Origin: an uncultured Roseicyclus sp.
Lineage (GTDB): Bacteria; Pseudomonadota; Alphaproteobacteria; Rhodobacterales; Rhodobacteraceae
DNA: 64,000 bases
NCBI GenBank assembly: GCA_964460185.1
Contig: CAYWTM010000004.1
Span: forward strand, 3,151 to 67,150
Direction of reading: 5' to 3'
A program made the translations under genes and the position numbers. This document shows positions 1 through 10,084 of this stretch, in pieces (the first letter of the stretch is position 1; each line of letters opens with the position of its first letter). Below the pieces are notes generated by a model. The model saw only the letters and a program-made list of their open reading frames with translations, was not told the DNA's origin and made no database searches.

Positions 1-393
1 CTGTGCGACTACATAACCCCCAACGAGGAAGAAGCCCGCGCCCTGACCGGCATCGAGGTCACCGATATCGAAAGCGCCACGACCGCGGCGGGCGCGCTGC
101 TGGCCATGGGCGTGCGAAAGGCCGCGATCATCACCCTTGGGGCCGAGGGCGCGTTGGTGCGCGATGCGGCCTCGGCCCGGCACATCGCGCCCATGTCCGC
201 GGGGCCCGTGGTGGACACGACCGGGGCGGGCGATGCCTTCAACGGCGGGTTCGCCACCGGGCTTGCCGCCGGGATGGCCCTGGATGACGCCTTGCGATTT
301 GGCACGGCCGTCGCGGCGCTGTCGGTGACCCGGCACGGAACCGCGGCCTCCATGCCCGACAGGGCGCAAATCACGGACCTGCTGGCGCGCTAA
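1..393 (+). CDS. PfkB-family carbohydrate kinase (ribokinase-like), 5' end outside window
   Basis: Frame 1 is open from base 1 (LCDYITPNEEEARALTG...). C-terminal PfkB signature DTTGAGDAFNGGF. Stop TAA at 391-393. Confidence 0.8.
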   Translation: MCDYITPNEEEARALTGIEVTDIESATTAAGALLAMGVRKAAIITLGAEGALVRDAASARHIAPMSAGPVVDTTGAGDAFNGGFATGLAAGMALDDALRFGTAVAALSVTRHGTAASMPDRAQITDLLAR

Positions 394-1274
394 AGCGCCA
401 GGTCCGGGTTGCGCAGCGCGGTCCGCGCCCTGGAATGATGGGATTTCGGCAGCAGGTCAAAGAACCGGTCCCGGATCCCCGGCCATTGCGGCGCGGCGTT
501 CAGGAACCGAAAACGATGATAGTGAAGGATATGCGCATCCGGCGTATCGGCATAATCCTCGCGGTGGGACAAGGAATAATTGTAGCTCTCGCTCAGAACT
601 TGCGCGCGATAGCCGAACCGCGCCATCGCCAGCGGCAGCGTGATCTGATCAAGCCAGGGGCGCTTGTTGGCGATCTTGCAGCTGTGATCGAAATCCAGCG
701 CCGTTTCCAGCCACAGATCCCCAAAGGTCTTGCCATCGGCATGCGGGGTTTCGGGCATCGCGACGAAGCCCGCGTTGAAATAGGGCAGATGGGCCTGACG
801 CTTGCCGCGCAACAAGGTCACGCGTTCGGATGGCAGCGGCAGACCGTAGTGATCGTAGGCCCTTTGCCAGCGGTCATCGGGGCCCCAGGTCGCCTTGCCT
901 TCGGGGGCGGCGGCGACATCGGTATCGGACAGCGCCGCCAGGTCGTCGAGCGGCTTGAGGCACACCATGTCGGTGTCGAGAAAGATGCCGCGCCCGGTCC
1001 CGCGCCGATCGGTCGCGGCGACGATCTTGTTGCCATGCGGATAGGGTTTGGCCCAGTTGGGCGCGGGCGGCAGGGGGCGGAAATCAACGCCCGCCGCGCG
1101 GTAGATGGATTTGGTGACCGGCCCGATCCGGTCCATCCATTCCGCGCTGGCATAGGCATGAAGATGCACGCCGTGGCGGCCCTCATGGGCATGGGCGAGG
1201 CTGGCCACCAAAAGCCAGGATTGCAGTTCCAGCCGCGCACCGTCCGCGACGAAAAAGATATGGGTGTCGGCCAT
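390..1274 (-). CDS. putative nucleotide-sugar glycosyltransferase (GT8-like, DxD motif)
   Basis: Starts at ATG 1274 (MADTHIFFVADG...). The longer ORF reaching 1436 overlaps the next gene and looks like a spurious extension. LDTDMV DxD-like motif. High GC3. Confidence 0.5.
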   Translation of the reverse strand: MADTHIFFVADGARLELQSWLLVASLAHAHEGRHGVHLHAYASAEWMDRIGPVTKSIYRAAGVDFRPLPPAPNWAKPYPHGNKIVAATDRRGTGRGIFLDTDMVCLKPLDDLAALSDTDVAAAPEGKATWGPDDRWQRAYDHYGLPLPSERVTLLRGKRQAHLPYFNAGFVAMPETPHADGKTFGDLWLETALDFDHSCKIANKRPWLDQITLPLAMARFGYRAQVLSESYNYSLSHREDYADTPDAHILHYHRFRFLNAAPQWPGIRDRFFDLLPKSHHSRARTALRNPDLAL

Positions 1275-1338
1275 TCGCGCCCGATCTTTGTCTGCCCGTC
1301 TGGCCGAAGGATGCCCCGAAACAGGCCTTCTGACCAGA

Positions 1339-1647
1339 TCAGACCTCCAGATCGACGACAAAAATGCCGTCGTGGCCGCCTTTGCTGTTGGCAACCAGCA
1401 TGGCCCCCGCCGTTTGGTGATCGGGGTGGCGCTCATAGGCCAGATGCGCCTCGCGATCGGTGAAGGTCACGGCAAATCCATAGGCGTAGCGCGCGGATTT
1501 TCCCTCGAAATCCAGGTTCGGACCGTGGCGGAACCCCGACGCGCCCGAAAGCTCCGCGCAGGCCTTGGCCAGGAACGGCATGGCCGCCTTGACCTGGTCA
1601 AGGCCATCTTCCCCGTTCGGGTCCATCAAGACGATGTGATGCAGCAT
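1339..1647 (-). CDS. Dabb (stress-responsive alpha/beta barrel) family protein
   Basis: 102 aa. MLHHIVLM...GFAVTFTDREAHLAYERHPDH is typical of Dabb domain proteins. Confidence 0.75.
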   Translation of the reverse strand: MLHHIVLMDPNGEDGLDQVKAAMPFLAKACAELSGASGFRHGPNLDFEGKSARYAYGFAVTFTDREAHLAYERHPDHQTAGAMLVANSKGGHDGIFVVDLEV

Positions 1648-1650
1648 GGT

Positions 1651-2883
1651 TTACTCCTCGATCAGGATGGCGCGGAAATCATTGACGTTGGTCAGCGTCG
1701 GGCCGGTGACGACCTGGCACCCGGCAGCCCCGAACAGGGTATGGGCATCGTTGATGGCAAGCGCCTGTGCGGGGTCGCGACCGGCCACGCGGCAGCGATC
1801 CAGAACGTCGGGCCCGATCAGCGCGCCCGCGACCTCGGCCGCGCCGTCCACGCCATCGGTGTCGCAGGCAATGGCGTGGATGCCGGCGGCCCCGTCCAGC
1901 GCCAATGCCAGCGCCAGGGCATATTCGGCATTTGGACCGCCGATCCCGTCGCCCCGCCGTGTCACGGTCAACTCGCCGCCCGACAGGATCACGCGCGGCC
2001 CCCTGGTCCTCAGCGCCCGCGCGGCGTGATCGGCGGCGACATCGCGCGCCTCGCCTTCCAGCGCGTCCCCAAGCAGGTCAACCGCATAGCCCTGGGCTTG
2101 GGCAAGTTTTGCCGCGGCGGCCAGGGATTGCGACGGGGCCGCGTATATCACGTTCTTGACCCGCGACAGGCGCGGATCATCAGGCAGCATCGGATCACCC
2201 CCCGCCTCGAGAAAGGCACGGATCGACGCGGGGGGCGTGACATTCCAGCGCCTCAGCGTGGCCAGCGCACGGGCTGCGTCCCCGTGATGGCCCACGGTCG
2301 GGCCGCTTGCGATATCGCCAGGATTGTCGCCCGGCACATCCGAGATCAACAGCGCCAGCATCTGCGCGGGATAGGCCGCGGCAGCCAGCCGTCCGCCCTT
2401 GACCGCCGACAATTCCTTGCGGATGCCGTTGATATCCCCGATGGGCGCGCCCGACGCCAGCAAGGCCTGCGTCAGCGCCTGCTTTTCGGCCAGCGCAATA
2501 GTGCCTGCGGGTGCCGTCAAAAGCGCCGACCCGCCGCCCGAGATCAAGGCGAGCACGAAATCGCCCTCGCCCAGCCCGCCCAGCAGGTCCAGCATCCGCT
2601 TGGTCGCGGCCTCGCCCGCGGCGTCGGGAACCGGGTGCGCGGCCTCGACGATCTCGATGCCCTGGCAGGGGCGGGCATAGCCGTAGCGGGTGATGACCAG
2701 CCCCTCGCACGGACCCCAGGCGGCCTCGACCGCTTCGGCCATCCGGGCGCTCGCCTTGCCCGCGCCAACGACAACGACCCGGCCCGCCGGTTTTGGTGGC
2801 AGGGCGGCGGCAAGGCTCTGCATCGGGTCGGCCACGGCAACGGCCCGGTCGAACATGGCGCGCAAGAGATCGGGAGGGGTCAT
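1651..2883 (-). CDS. glycerate 2-kinase / hydroxypyruvate reductase-like protein (DUF4147-MOFRL family)
   Basis: VVVVGAGKASARMAEAVE ... ISGGGSALL ... LSGGELTVT motifs. ATG at 2883 avoids overlap with the upstream LacI stop; the longest ORF runs to 2916. Confidence 0.8.
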   Translation of the reverse strand: MTPPDLLRAMFDRAVAVADPMQSLAAALPPKPAGRVVVVGAGKASARMAEAVEAAWGPCEGLVITRYGYARPCQGIEIVEAAHPVPDAAGEAATKRMLDLLGGLGEGDFVLALISGGGSALLTAPAGTIALAEKQALTQALLASGAPIGDINGIRKELSAVKGGRLAAAAYPAQMLALLISDVPGDNPGDIASGPTVGHHGDAARALATLRRWNVTPPASIRAFLEAGGDPMLPDDPRLSRVKNVIYAAPSQSLAAAAKLAQAQGYAVDLLGDALEGEARDVAADHAARALRTRGPRVILSGGELTVTRRGDGIGGPNAEYALALALALDGAAGIHAIACDTDGVDGAAEVAGALIGPDVLDRCRVAGRDPAQALAINDAHTLFGAAGCQVVTGPTLTNVNDFRAILIEE

Positions 2884-2890
2884 CACGGCA

Positions 2891-3898
2891 TCATCCAAGG
2901 CTTGAGGCGCGCGCAATCAGCCGCACCGGCATACGGGTTTCAGGGGGCGGGCGGGAGCCTTCGGTCATCCAGCCCAGAAGACGGGCGGCGGTATCCTCGG
3001 CGAACCCGGAAATATCACACGAGACCGATGAAAGCTGGGGCCAGGCCAACGCGCATTCCTCGATATCGTCAAAACCCACCAGGCGGAAATCGCGTCCGAT
3101 GCTGCGCCCTGCACGGGCAAAACCGGACATCAGGCCAAGGGCCACCAGGTCGTTGAAACAGATCGCCGCATCGGCCTGCGGGAAATCCGTCACGATCGTA
3201 TCGGCCATCGACACACCAAAGGCGCGCGAAGTGCGTCCATGGGCCACGATCGGTTCCAGGCCCGCCGCAAGCAGTTCCGACCGGTAGCCCGACATCCGTT
3301 CTTGCGTCACGGCGCTGTCTTCCTGCCCGCCGACAAAGGCGATGTTGCGCGCGCCCAGACCGATCAGGTGGCGCGCGGCCTCGGCCCCGCCGGCGGCATA
3401 GTCAAAGCTGGCGAATGGAAACAGATCCGTGCGCGGATCGACCTGCCGCAACACCTGCAAGGCCGGCAGTCCGGCCCGCGCGAGTTGATCGAACGTCCCG
3501 GCCCCGTCCCCATAGGCGGGCGACACGACCAGCGCGGACACCCCGTGTTCGACCATCGACCCGACCAGTTTCCCCTGCAAAACCGGGTCTTCGCCGGAAT
3601 TGGCGATGACGGTGGTGTAGCCCTGCGTGGCCAGTGTCATCTGCAGCGTGGTGGCGAATTCGGTAAAGAACGGGTTGCGCAAATCATGGATGACCAACCC
3701 CACCAACCCGACGGACGATGCCCGCAAATTCGCAGCCGCGCGGTTGTAGACATACCCGATATCGGCCATCGCCTTTTGCACGGCTTCGCGTGTCTCGCGC
3801 TTGACCTGCCGGGATCCCTGCAACACCAGCGAGACGGTCGATTTCGACACGCCTGCGGCGGCTGCAACATCCAGAATCGTGGGACGACGGGTCATCAT
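2891..3898 (-). CDS. LacI-family transcriptional regulator
   Basis: N-terminal HTH (PTILDVAAAAGVSKSTVSLVLQG) followed by a periplasmic-binding-protein-like sugar-binding fold. Confidence 0.9.
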   Translation of the reverse strand: MMTRRPTILDVAAAAGVSKSTVSLVLQGSRQVKRETREAVQKAMADIGYVYNRAAANLRASSVGLVGLVIHDLRNPFFTEFATTLQMTLATQGYTTVIANSGEDPVLQGKLVGSMVEHGVSALVVSPAYGDGAGTFDQLARAGLPALQVLRQVDPRTDLFPFASFDYAAGGAEAARHLIGLGARNIAFVGGQEDSAVTQERMSGYRSELLAAGLEPIVAHGRTSRAFGVSMADTIVTDFPQADAAICFNDLVALGLMSGFARAGRSIGRDFRLVGFDDIEECALAWPQLSSVSCDISGFAEDTAARLLGWMTEGSRPPPETRMPVRLIARASSLG

Positions 3899-3904
3899 GA
3901 CGGT

Positions 3905-5068
3905 TTAACCGTCGATCCCGTGCAGCGCCAGAAGCTGCCGCATCCGATATCGGGCAAGATCGGGGTCCGACAACAGGCGCGCCTGGTCCGCCAGCCGGAA
4001 TACCTGCGCGTAATGGGTGATCTCGCGCGACGATTGGAACCCGCCGGGCATGATGAAGTGGCTCTGGGTGCCGTTGAGCCAGCTCAGGAACGCGATGCCG
4101 GCCTTGTAGAACTGCGTCGGCGCCTTGAAGATTTCGCGGCTCAGCGGAACCGTCGGGGCAAGAAGGGCATGGTAGGTCTGGACGTCCCCTTTCGCCAACG
4201 CCTCCAGCGCCTGCGACGCGGCGGGCGCAATGGCCGCGAAGATTCCGAGCAGCGCGTGGGAAAAGTGCGTCCCGTCCCCCTGGATCAGGGCGGCATAGTT
4301 GAAATCATCGCCGGTATAGAGCCTCACCCCATCAGGCAGGCGGGCGCGAAACGCTTCTTCATGGGCCTGATCCAGCAGGCTGATCTTGATGCCGTCGACC
4401 TTGGCCGCGTGGCGGGTGATCAGGTCGAGCACGATCTGATTGGCCGCCTCAACCTCGGCCGCCCCCCAGTACCCGGCCAGGCCCGCGTCGAACATGTCAC
4501 CCAGCCAATGCAGGATCACGGGGTTTGCGGCTTTTTCGATAAGGTGATCGTAGACGCGGGCGTATGTATCGGGCCCGGCCCCGATTGCGGGCAATGCGCG
4601 GGTGGCCATCACGATGATCTGACCGCCGGCCGCCTCGATCGCTTCCATCTGGGTTTCATAGGCGGCGATGATGGCATCGGCATCGCGCAACTCCGCAAGG
4701 GGCACGTGATCGGTGCCCGCGCCACAGGCCACGCGCGGTTTCAGCGGATGTGCCTTTGCCTCGACCATCGTGCGCTCGATCAATTCCCGCGCCGTGGCCC
4801 AGTCGACACCCATGCCCCGTTGCGCGGTGTCCATCGCCTCGGCCAGCCCAAGGCCCTGATCCCAAAGACCGTGGCGAAACGCGAGCGTCGCGTCCCAGTC
4901 GACGGCAGGTCGGCCGACCCAAGGGGCGCGTTCGGCCAAGGGATCGCTGACCACGTGGGCCGCGGCAAAGGCCGTCCGGGTCAGCGGCACGGCGGGCGCG
5001 CGCGGGACCAACGGATCGCCGGTCAGGTCATGGCGCTCGAGGGTTCCGGAATAGGTTGGCAGCAACAT
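3905..5068 (-). CDS. DUF993-like TIM-barrel protein (DapA-like fold), function unknown
   Basis: 387 aa ORF with high GC3. The family assignment is from memory of DUF993 proteins that co-occur with sugar oxidoreductases. Confidence 0.55.
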   Translation of the reverse strand: MLLPTYSGTLERHDLTGDPLVPRAPAVPLTRTAFAAAHVVSDPLAERAPWVGRPAVDWDATLAFRHGLWDQGLGLAEAMDTAQRGMGVDWATARELIERTMVEAKAHPLKPRVACGAGTDHVPLAELRDADAIIAAYETQMEAIEAAGGQIIVMATRALPAIGAGPDTYARVYDHLIEKAANPVILHWLGDMFDAGLAGYWGAAEVEAANQIVLDLITRHAAKVDGIKISLLDQAHEEAFRARLPDGVRLYTGDDFNYAALIQGDGTHFSHALLGIFAAIAPAASQALEALAKGDVQTYHALLAPTVPLSREIFKAPTQFYKAGIAFLSWLNGTQSHFIMPGGFQSSREITHYAQVFRLADQARLLSDPDLARYRMRQLLALHGIDG

Positions 5069-5071
5069 GGC

Positions 5072-6658
5072 TCAGCCCCTTGCATCTTCGCGGATCATGT
5101 CGGCGGCTTTCTCGCCAATCATGATGGCCGCGGCATTGGTGTTGGAGGAAATCACCCGCGGCATGATGGAGTTGTCCACCACGCGCAGCCCCTCGATCCC
5201 GTTGAACCGCAGGCGGGTGTCGACCACGGCATCAGGGTCGCTACCCATCCTGCAGGTTCCCGCACAGTGATGCGATGTCTTGGAATGCGCACAGATGAAA
5301 TTGTAGTAATCCTCGTCCGTCTTCACATCCGGTCCAGGCAGGCGTTCGGCCTTGATCATCCCGGCCAGGGGGGCCTGGCCCATGATCTGCTGTGTCAGTT
5401 TCAGGCCTCGGATCGACATCTCGCGATCCTGCGGGTCCTGCAGGTAATTCGGGTCGATCAAGGGCGCTTTGGCCGGATCGTCGGATTGCAGCCGCACCGT
5501 GCCCCGTGACCGCGGGCGCAGATAACAGCTGTTCAGCGTGACGCCGCCGTCGGGCATCACGGCCACACCCTTTTCGATGCCGGTGCCAAGGCCGAGATGG
5601 AACTGGATATCGGGCGAGCGTGCATTTGGGTCGGCATACCAGAACCCACCGGTCTCAAAGAGGCTGGAGGCAACGGGCCCCTTGCGGGTGATCATGTATT
5701 GCAGCCCGGCAAGGGCCGCCAGATGCGGCTTGGCGAACCGGTCGTAGCTGTGGGGGCCCGACAGTTCGCAAATGCAGTAAAGGTCCAGATGGTCTTGCAG
5801 GTTTTCGCCCACTTGGCGCTGATCCAGCACCACGTCGATACCCATGTCGTGCAGATGATCCGCCGGCCCGATCCCCGATAGCTGCAGCAATCGCGGCGAC
5901 CCGATCGCGCCCGACGACAGCAACACCTCTTGCGCGGCGGCGATCCGGGTGCCGTCGGTCAGCTCCACGCCTTTGGCCCGCCCCGCCTCGACGATCAGGC
6001 GGCGCACCTGAACACCGGTTTTCACGGTCAGGTTGGCGCGCCCCGCATTCGGCGCAAGATACGCCATCGCGGCCGAAGAACGCCGCGCATTGCGTTGGGT
6101 CAGCTGGTAGTAGGCAACGCCATCCTGCGCCTCGCCGTTCACATCCTCGTTTCGCGGGATGCCAAGCGCCGCCGCAGCCTCGAAATATGCGTCGCAAATC
6201 GGCAGGGGCGATATGGGTTGTGACACGCCCAGCGGGCCGCCCTGTCCGTGAAAGCGGTTGTTGTAGGTGTCGTTGTCCTCGGCCTTGCGAAAATACGGCA
6301 AGACGTCGTCGTAGCTCCACCCGTCGCAGCCCATCTGCCGCCATTCGTCGTAATCCCGCGCGTTGCCGCGCGTGTAGATCTGCGCGTTGATCGCCGATCC
6401 GCCGCCGATCACCTTGGCCTGGGTGTAGTTGAACACCCGGCCCTGCATGTGGCGCTGCGGCACGGTTTCCCAGCCCCATGACCCGATGCCCTTTGTCATC
6501 TTCGCAAAGCCTGCGGGCAGGTGATAGAACGGATGCCGGTCGCGCCCGCCCGCCTCGAGCAGGCAGACCCGGACCGCCGGATCCTCGCTCAGCCGCGCGG
6601 CCAGAACGCACCCCGCGCTGCCGCCCCCGATGATGATGTAGTCATACCCTTCGGCCAT
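5072..6658 (-). CDS. GMC-family FAD oxidoreductase (choline/alcohol dehydrogenase-like)
   Basis: YDYIIIGGGSAGCVLAARLSED Rossmann motif. C-terminal GMC signature HHCAGTCRMG. Confidence 0.9.
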   Translation of the reverse strand: MAEGYDYIIIGGGSAGCVLAARLSEDPAVRVCLLEAGGRDRHPFYHLPAGFAKMTKGIGSWGWETVPQRHMQGRVFNYTQAKVIGGGSAINAQIYTRGNARDYDEWRQMGCDGWSYDDVLPYFRKAEDNDTYNNRFHGQGGPLGVSQPISPLPICDAYFEAAAALGIPRNEDVNGEAQDGVAYYQLTQRNARRSSAAMAYLAPNAGRANLTVKTGVQVRRLIVEAGRAKGVELTDGTRIAAAQEVLLSSGAIGSPRLLQLSGIGPADHLHDMGIDVVLDQRQVGENLQDHLDLYCICELSGPHSYDRFAKPHLAALAGLQYMITRKGPVASSLFETGGFWYADPNARSPDIQFHLGLGTGIEKGVAVMPDGGVTLNSCYLRPRSRGTVRLQSDDPAKAPLIDPNYLQDPQDREMSIRGLKLTQQIMGQAPLAGMIKAERLPGPDVKTDEDYYNFICAHSKTSHHCAGTCRMGSDPDAVVDTRLRFNGIEGLRVVDNSIMPRVISSNTNAAAIMIGEKAADMIREDARG

Positions 6659-6667
6659 GGTGATCCC

Positions 6668-7411
6668 CTACAGCCGGTGAATGGAAAGCCCGCCATCGAC
6701 GGGAATGATGCTGCCGGTGGCATAGGCGAGATCGCCACGCGCCAGCGGCAGGATGGTGCGCGCGATATCCTCGGGCTCTCCCCATCTGCCGGCGGGGATC
6801 AACCCGTCGGCGATGCGCTGGTCGTAGCGATCCGCCACCGGCGCGGTCATCGGCGTGCGGATGATGCCGGGGCGGATGTCGAAAACCCCGATCCCGTCAG
6901 GGGCGAGGCGCGCGGCCAGGGCCTTGGTCATCATCGCCGCGCCGGATTTCGAGATGCAGTACTCCGCGCGGTCGGGCGACACCATCTCGGCACTGACCGA
7001 GGTGATGACGTGGATCGACCGATAGGGATCTTGGGGCAGGTGCAGCATGCGTTTCGCAAATTCTTGTATAAGAAAAAATGCGCCGCGCAGATTGACGGCG
7101 TGGCAGCGATCAAAGCTTTCCGGCGTGATGTCCAGCAGGTCGCCGCGCTGCATCGCGCCGACGCCCGCATTGGACACCAGCGTCGTTACGGGCCCCACGG
7201 CCTCGATCAGGGAAGGGATGCCGCCGATATCGGCTATATCATGGCGGTGATACGTGGCGTCCGACATGGTGTGCAGTGCGGCCTGCACCACGTCCGACTC
7301 GATCGGTAGTTCAGCTGCGATGGCGACCTGCCAGCCGGCCCCGTGCAGCGCCTGCGCGATGGCCAATCCAATGCCTTGCTGCCCACCGGTAATCAGTGCG
7401 GAACGTGTCAT
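6668..7411 (-). CDS. SDR-family oxidoreductase
   Basis: TGGQQGIG cofactor motif and YCISK catalytic motif. 4-bp overlap with the upstream gene. Confidence 0.9.
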   Translation of the reverse strand: MTRSALITGGQQGIGLAIAQALHGAGWQVAIAAELPIESDVVQAALHTMSDATYHRHDIADIGGIPSLIEAVGPVTTLVSNAGVGAMQRGDLLDITPESFDRCHAVNLRGAFFLIQEFAKRMLHLPQDPYRSIHVITSVSAEMVSPDRAEYCISKSGAAMMTKALAARLAPDGIGVFDIRPGIIRTPMTAPVADRYDQRIADGLIPAGRWGEPEDIARTILPLARGDLAYATGSIIPVDGGLSIHRL

Positions 7412-8877
7412 GCGGCCTCCTTCATGTGATCGGCCTGCCGCAAGGCGAGGGCCGCGATGGTCAGGGACGGGTTCACCGCCGCCGAGGTTGGCAGCAACGC
7501 GCCATCACAGATATACAGGTTGGGGTGGTCGTGACTGCGCCCGAACGGATCGGCCACGCTGCTACGCGGATCGGACCCGATGCGCAGCGTTCCGCACTGG
7601 TGCGACGGGGTGCGGCGATCAAACGCCTTTGACACGCAGATCGGAAAGCCCGCCCGCCTCAGCGCCGCCTTCAACCGCGTCACCAGCGTCAGGTGCGCGT
7701 CCCAGTTCGACCGCTGCCAGTCCAGCACGATATCGTCGCCCCGTACCGTCACGCGGCTGTCGGATGTCGGCAGGTCCTCGCTCATCAGGTAGAAATCAAT
7801 CGCGTGATCCGCGACCATGCGGGCCAGCCAGCCCGGCAGATTGGTCTGGGATGCAAGGATCGGCCCACTGACCCGACCCAGCAGTTGCACATTCCCCAAG
7901 GGTTCGCCGCCCGGGCCGCCGGTGAGGTACCAATCATTGATCTGCAGGGTCTTTTGATAGACCGACCGGTTGCGCCGATGCGACAGCGCCAGCAGGGCGG
8001 AGGCATTGTGGTTCATGAAATTGCGCCCCACCTGATCCGACCTGTTCGCCAGGCCGCGCGGATGATCCGGGTCGGTTGACCGCAACAAGATCGCCGCACT
8101 GTGCACGGCCCCCGCCGCCAGAACGATCGTGCGCGCCTCGATCCGCCCGGCCGAGGTCAGGGCGGCGGTTATCGTGTTTCCCCGGCACTCCAGCCTGTCT
8201 ACCCGCACGCCGACCCGAAGCTCGACGTTGGGATGCTGCAGGGCATAACGCAAAACGGTTTCGGCGTCCCTTTTGGCGCCGGTGGTGTCCGGGAAACCGT
8301 CCCACGGGGTGTTTGCACGCGCCAGCCAGGCGTCGATATCGACCGCAAGCGGTAGCGGCGAGGGATGCAGGCCAACGCGGCGCAGACGTGCAGACAGATC
8401 CCGGATCTCGGGCTCATCGGGAACAGGCGGATGCGGATAGGGCGCATCATGGGGTGGTTCGGTCGGATCCACGCTGTGATCGCCATGCACGCCGAATAGC
8501 GCCTCGGCACGGGTGTAATAGGGCGCCAGCACATCATACCCGAACGGCCAACCGGGCGTTTTGCCCCCCATATGATGCATCGGCGCGAAATCAGCCTCGC
8601 GGTAGCGCATCAGGACGCCGCCGTAGAATTTCGAATTGCCGCCCACATAGCTGAAACAACCCGGATTGAACCGCGCCCCTTCCGGCGTCAGCCAGGTTTC
8701 CTCGGGCCGGTAATGCCCGCGCCCGTAAATGGCAACGGGGTCGCGCGCCTGCGCGCTGTCGGTCAGGTAATCGCCCCGCTCGAGAACAACGATCCGCCGA
8801 CCGGTCGCGGCGAGCGCATGGGCCAGAGTGGCCCCGCCCATGCCCGACCCGATGATCAGAACGTCGATCTCGCTCAC
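7408..8877 (-). CDS. GMC-family FAD oxidoreductase, second and divergent copy
   Basis: DVLIIGSGMGGATLAHALA FAD motif. C-terminal HQCGTLRIG and LYICDGALLPTSAAVNPSLTIAALA motifs. Confidence 0.8.
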   Translation of the reverse strand: MSEIDVLIIGSGMGGATLAHALAATGRRIVVLERGDYLTDSAQARDPVAIYGRGHYRPEETWLTPEGARFNPGCFSYVGGNSKFYGGVLMRYREADFAPMHHMGGKTPGWPFGYDVLAPYYTRAEALFGVHGDHSVDPTEPPHDAPYPHPPVPDEPEIRDLSARLRRVGLHPSPLPLAVDIDAWLARANTPWDGFPDTTGAKRDAETVLRYALQHPNVELRVGVRVDRLECRGNTITAALTSAGRIEARTIVLAAGAVHSAAILLRSTDPDHPRGLANRSDQVGRNFMNHNASALLALSHRRNRSVYQKTLQINDWYLTGGPGGEPLGNVQLLGRVSGPILASQTNLPGWLARMVADHAIDFYLMSEDLPTSDSRVTVRGDDIVLDWQRSNWDAHLTLVTRLKAALRRAGFPICVSKAFDRRTPSHQCGTLRIGSDPRSSVADPFGRSHDHPNLYICDGALLPTSAAVNPSLTIAALALRQADHMKEAA

Positions 8878-8901
8878 CGTCTGCCCCCCTGCATATCAAT
8901 T

Positions 8902-8916
8902 TTGGATCGTTCCAAT
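8902..8916. promoter_or_regulatory. candidate LacI-type operator TTGGATCGTTCCAAT
   Basis: Near-palindromic 15-mer with a central CG, 25 bp upstream of the GMC gene start (8877). An identical 15-mer occurs at 19436-19450. Confidence 0.55.
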
Positions 8917-8932
8917 TTTTTGGCAAAAGTCA

Positions 8933-8956
8933 ACCCGCGAGCTTGCACCCGCGGGT
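8933..8956 (-). terminator. stem-loop downstream of the ABC ATPase gene
   Basis: ACCCGCG / CGCGGGT 7-bp stem with a 10-nt loop. On the minus strand it is followed by TTGACTTTTGCC. Confidence 0.4.
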
Positions 8957-8962
8957 CTGTCT

Positions 8963-10081
8963 TCAGCCACCGATCCGGACGTGGGTGTCGGTATCGAACA
9001 AGACAGCCTTGTCCATGTTCACGGCAAATTCAAAGGCCTGTCCCGGATGGACATCGGCATCCGCACGCATCCGCGCGACGCAATCCTTGCCCGATATCGT
9101 GGTGCTGACAAAGGTATCGGCACCAGCGGGTTCCGTCACGCTGACCGTATTGGTGAAGGACTGGATATTTCCCGCGTTGCGGTCGGCGCCTTCGGGGTCG
9201 GTGATCGCCTCGGGGCGAATGCCAAGCATCACGTCCTTGTTCACGTAGGACCTGTAGGCCCCCGTCGGGTCGTCCATCCTGAGATGCATGACCTGTCCTT
9301 CGGCCCCTGAGATCTCGGCATGCAGCGCGCCGTTCATATCGACCAGTTTGGACGATATCACGTTCATCGACGGCGACCCCATGAACGTCGCAACGAACAG
9401 GTTTGCGGGATTGTCGTAGATCTCTTTCGGGGTGCCAAGCTGCTGGACGTAACCGTTGTACATGACCGCGATCCGGGTGCTCAGCGTCATCGCCTCGATC
9501 TGGTCATGGGTCACGTAAACAATGGTTGTGCCCAGCTTTTGGTGCAGTTTCTTGATCTCGGTCCGCATGTCGACGCGCAATTTCGCATCCAGGTTCGACA
9601 GCGGCTCGTCGAACAAGAACACATCCGGATTGCGCACCAGCGCCCGACCCATGGCCACACGCTGGCGCTGACCACCCGAAAGCTGACCCGGCTTGCGGTC
9701 CAGCAGGTTTTCGATCTGAAGCAGCTTGGCCACATCGCCCATGGCCTTGTCGCGGTCCGCCTTGGGCGTGCCATGCATTTCGAGGCCAAAGGTGATGTTC
9801 TGACCCACCGTCATGTTCGGGTAAAGCGCGTAGGACTGGAACACCATCGCGATGTTGCGCTTGGACGGGTGCACCCCGTTCATCACGCGATCCTTGATGG
9901 CGATCTCGCCCGAGGTGATCCCCTCAAGCCCGGCGATCATGTTCAGAAGCGTGGACTTGCCACAGCCGGACGGGCCCACGAGGACAAGGAACTCGCCCTC
10001 CTGAACCTCGATGTTGACGTGGTGCAGAACCTCCACCGCGCCGTAGGATTTGGTGACGTTGTTGATGTCGAGAAAACCCAT
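8963..10081 (-). CDS. sugar ABC transporter ATP-binding protein (UgpC/MalK-like)
   Basis: Walker A GPSGCGKST, signature LSGGQRQR, Walker B FLFDEP. Confidence 0.95.
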   Translation of the reverse strand: MGFLDINNVTKSYGAVEVLHHVNIEVQEGEFLVLVGPSGCGKSTLLNMIAGLEGITSGEIAIKDRVMNGVHPSKRNIAMVFQSYALYPNMTVGQNITFGLEMHGTPKADRDKAMGDVAKLLQIENLLDRKPGQLSGGQRQRVAMGRALVRNPDVFLFDEPLSNLDAKLRVDMRTEIKKLHQKLGTTIVYVTHDQIEAMTLSTRIAVMYNGYVQQLGTPKEIYDNPANLFVATFMGSPSMNVISSKLVDMNGALHAEISGAEGQVMHLRMDDPTGAYRSYVNKDVMLGIRPEAITDPEGADRNAGNIQSFTNTVSVTEPAGADTFVSTTISGKDCVARMRADADVHPGQAFEFAVNMDKAVLFDTDTHVRIGG

Positions 10082-10084
10082 GGG

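Noticed and set aside
1264-3156. Very long antisense ORFs in the track. Examples: 1264-3156 (630 aa), 3239-5509 (756 aa), 9320-10993 (557 aa), 14857-17193 (778 aa), 28384-29601 (405 aa) and 50601-52076 (491 aa).
   Set aside because: They lie opposite genes with clear family signatures. They are Arg/Gly/Pro/His-rich with no motifs. These are the shadow ORFs expected in high-GC DNA where stop codons are rare.
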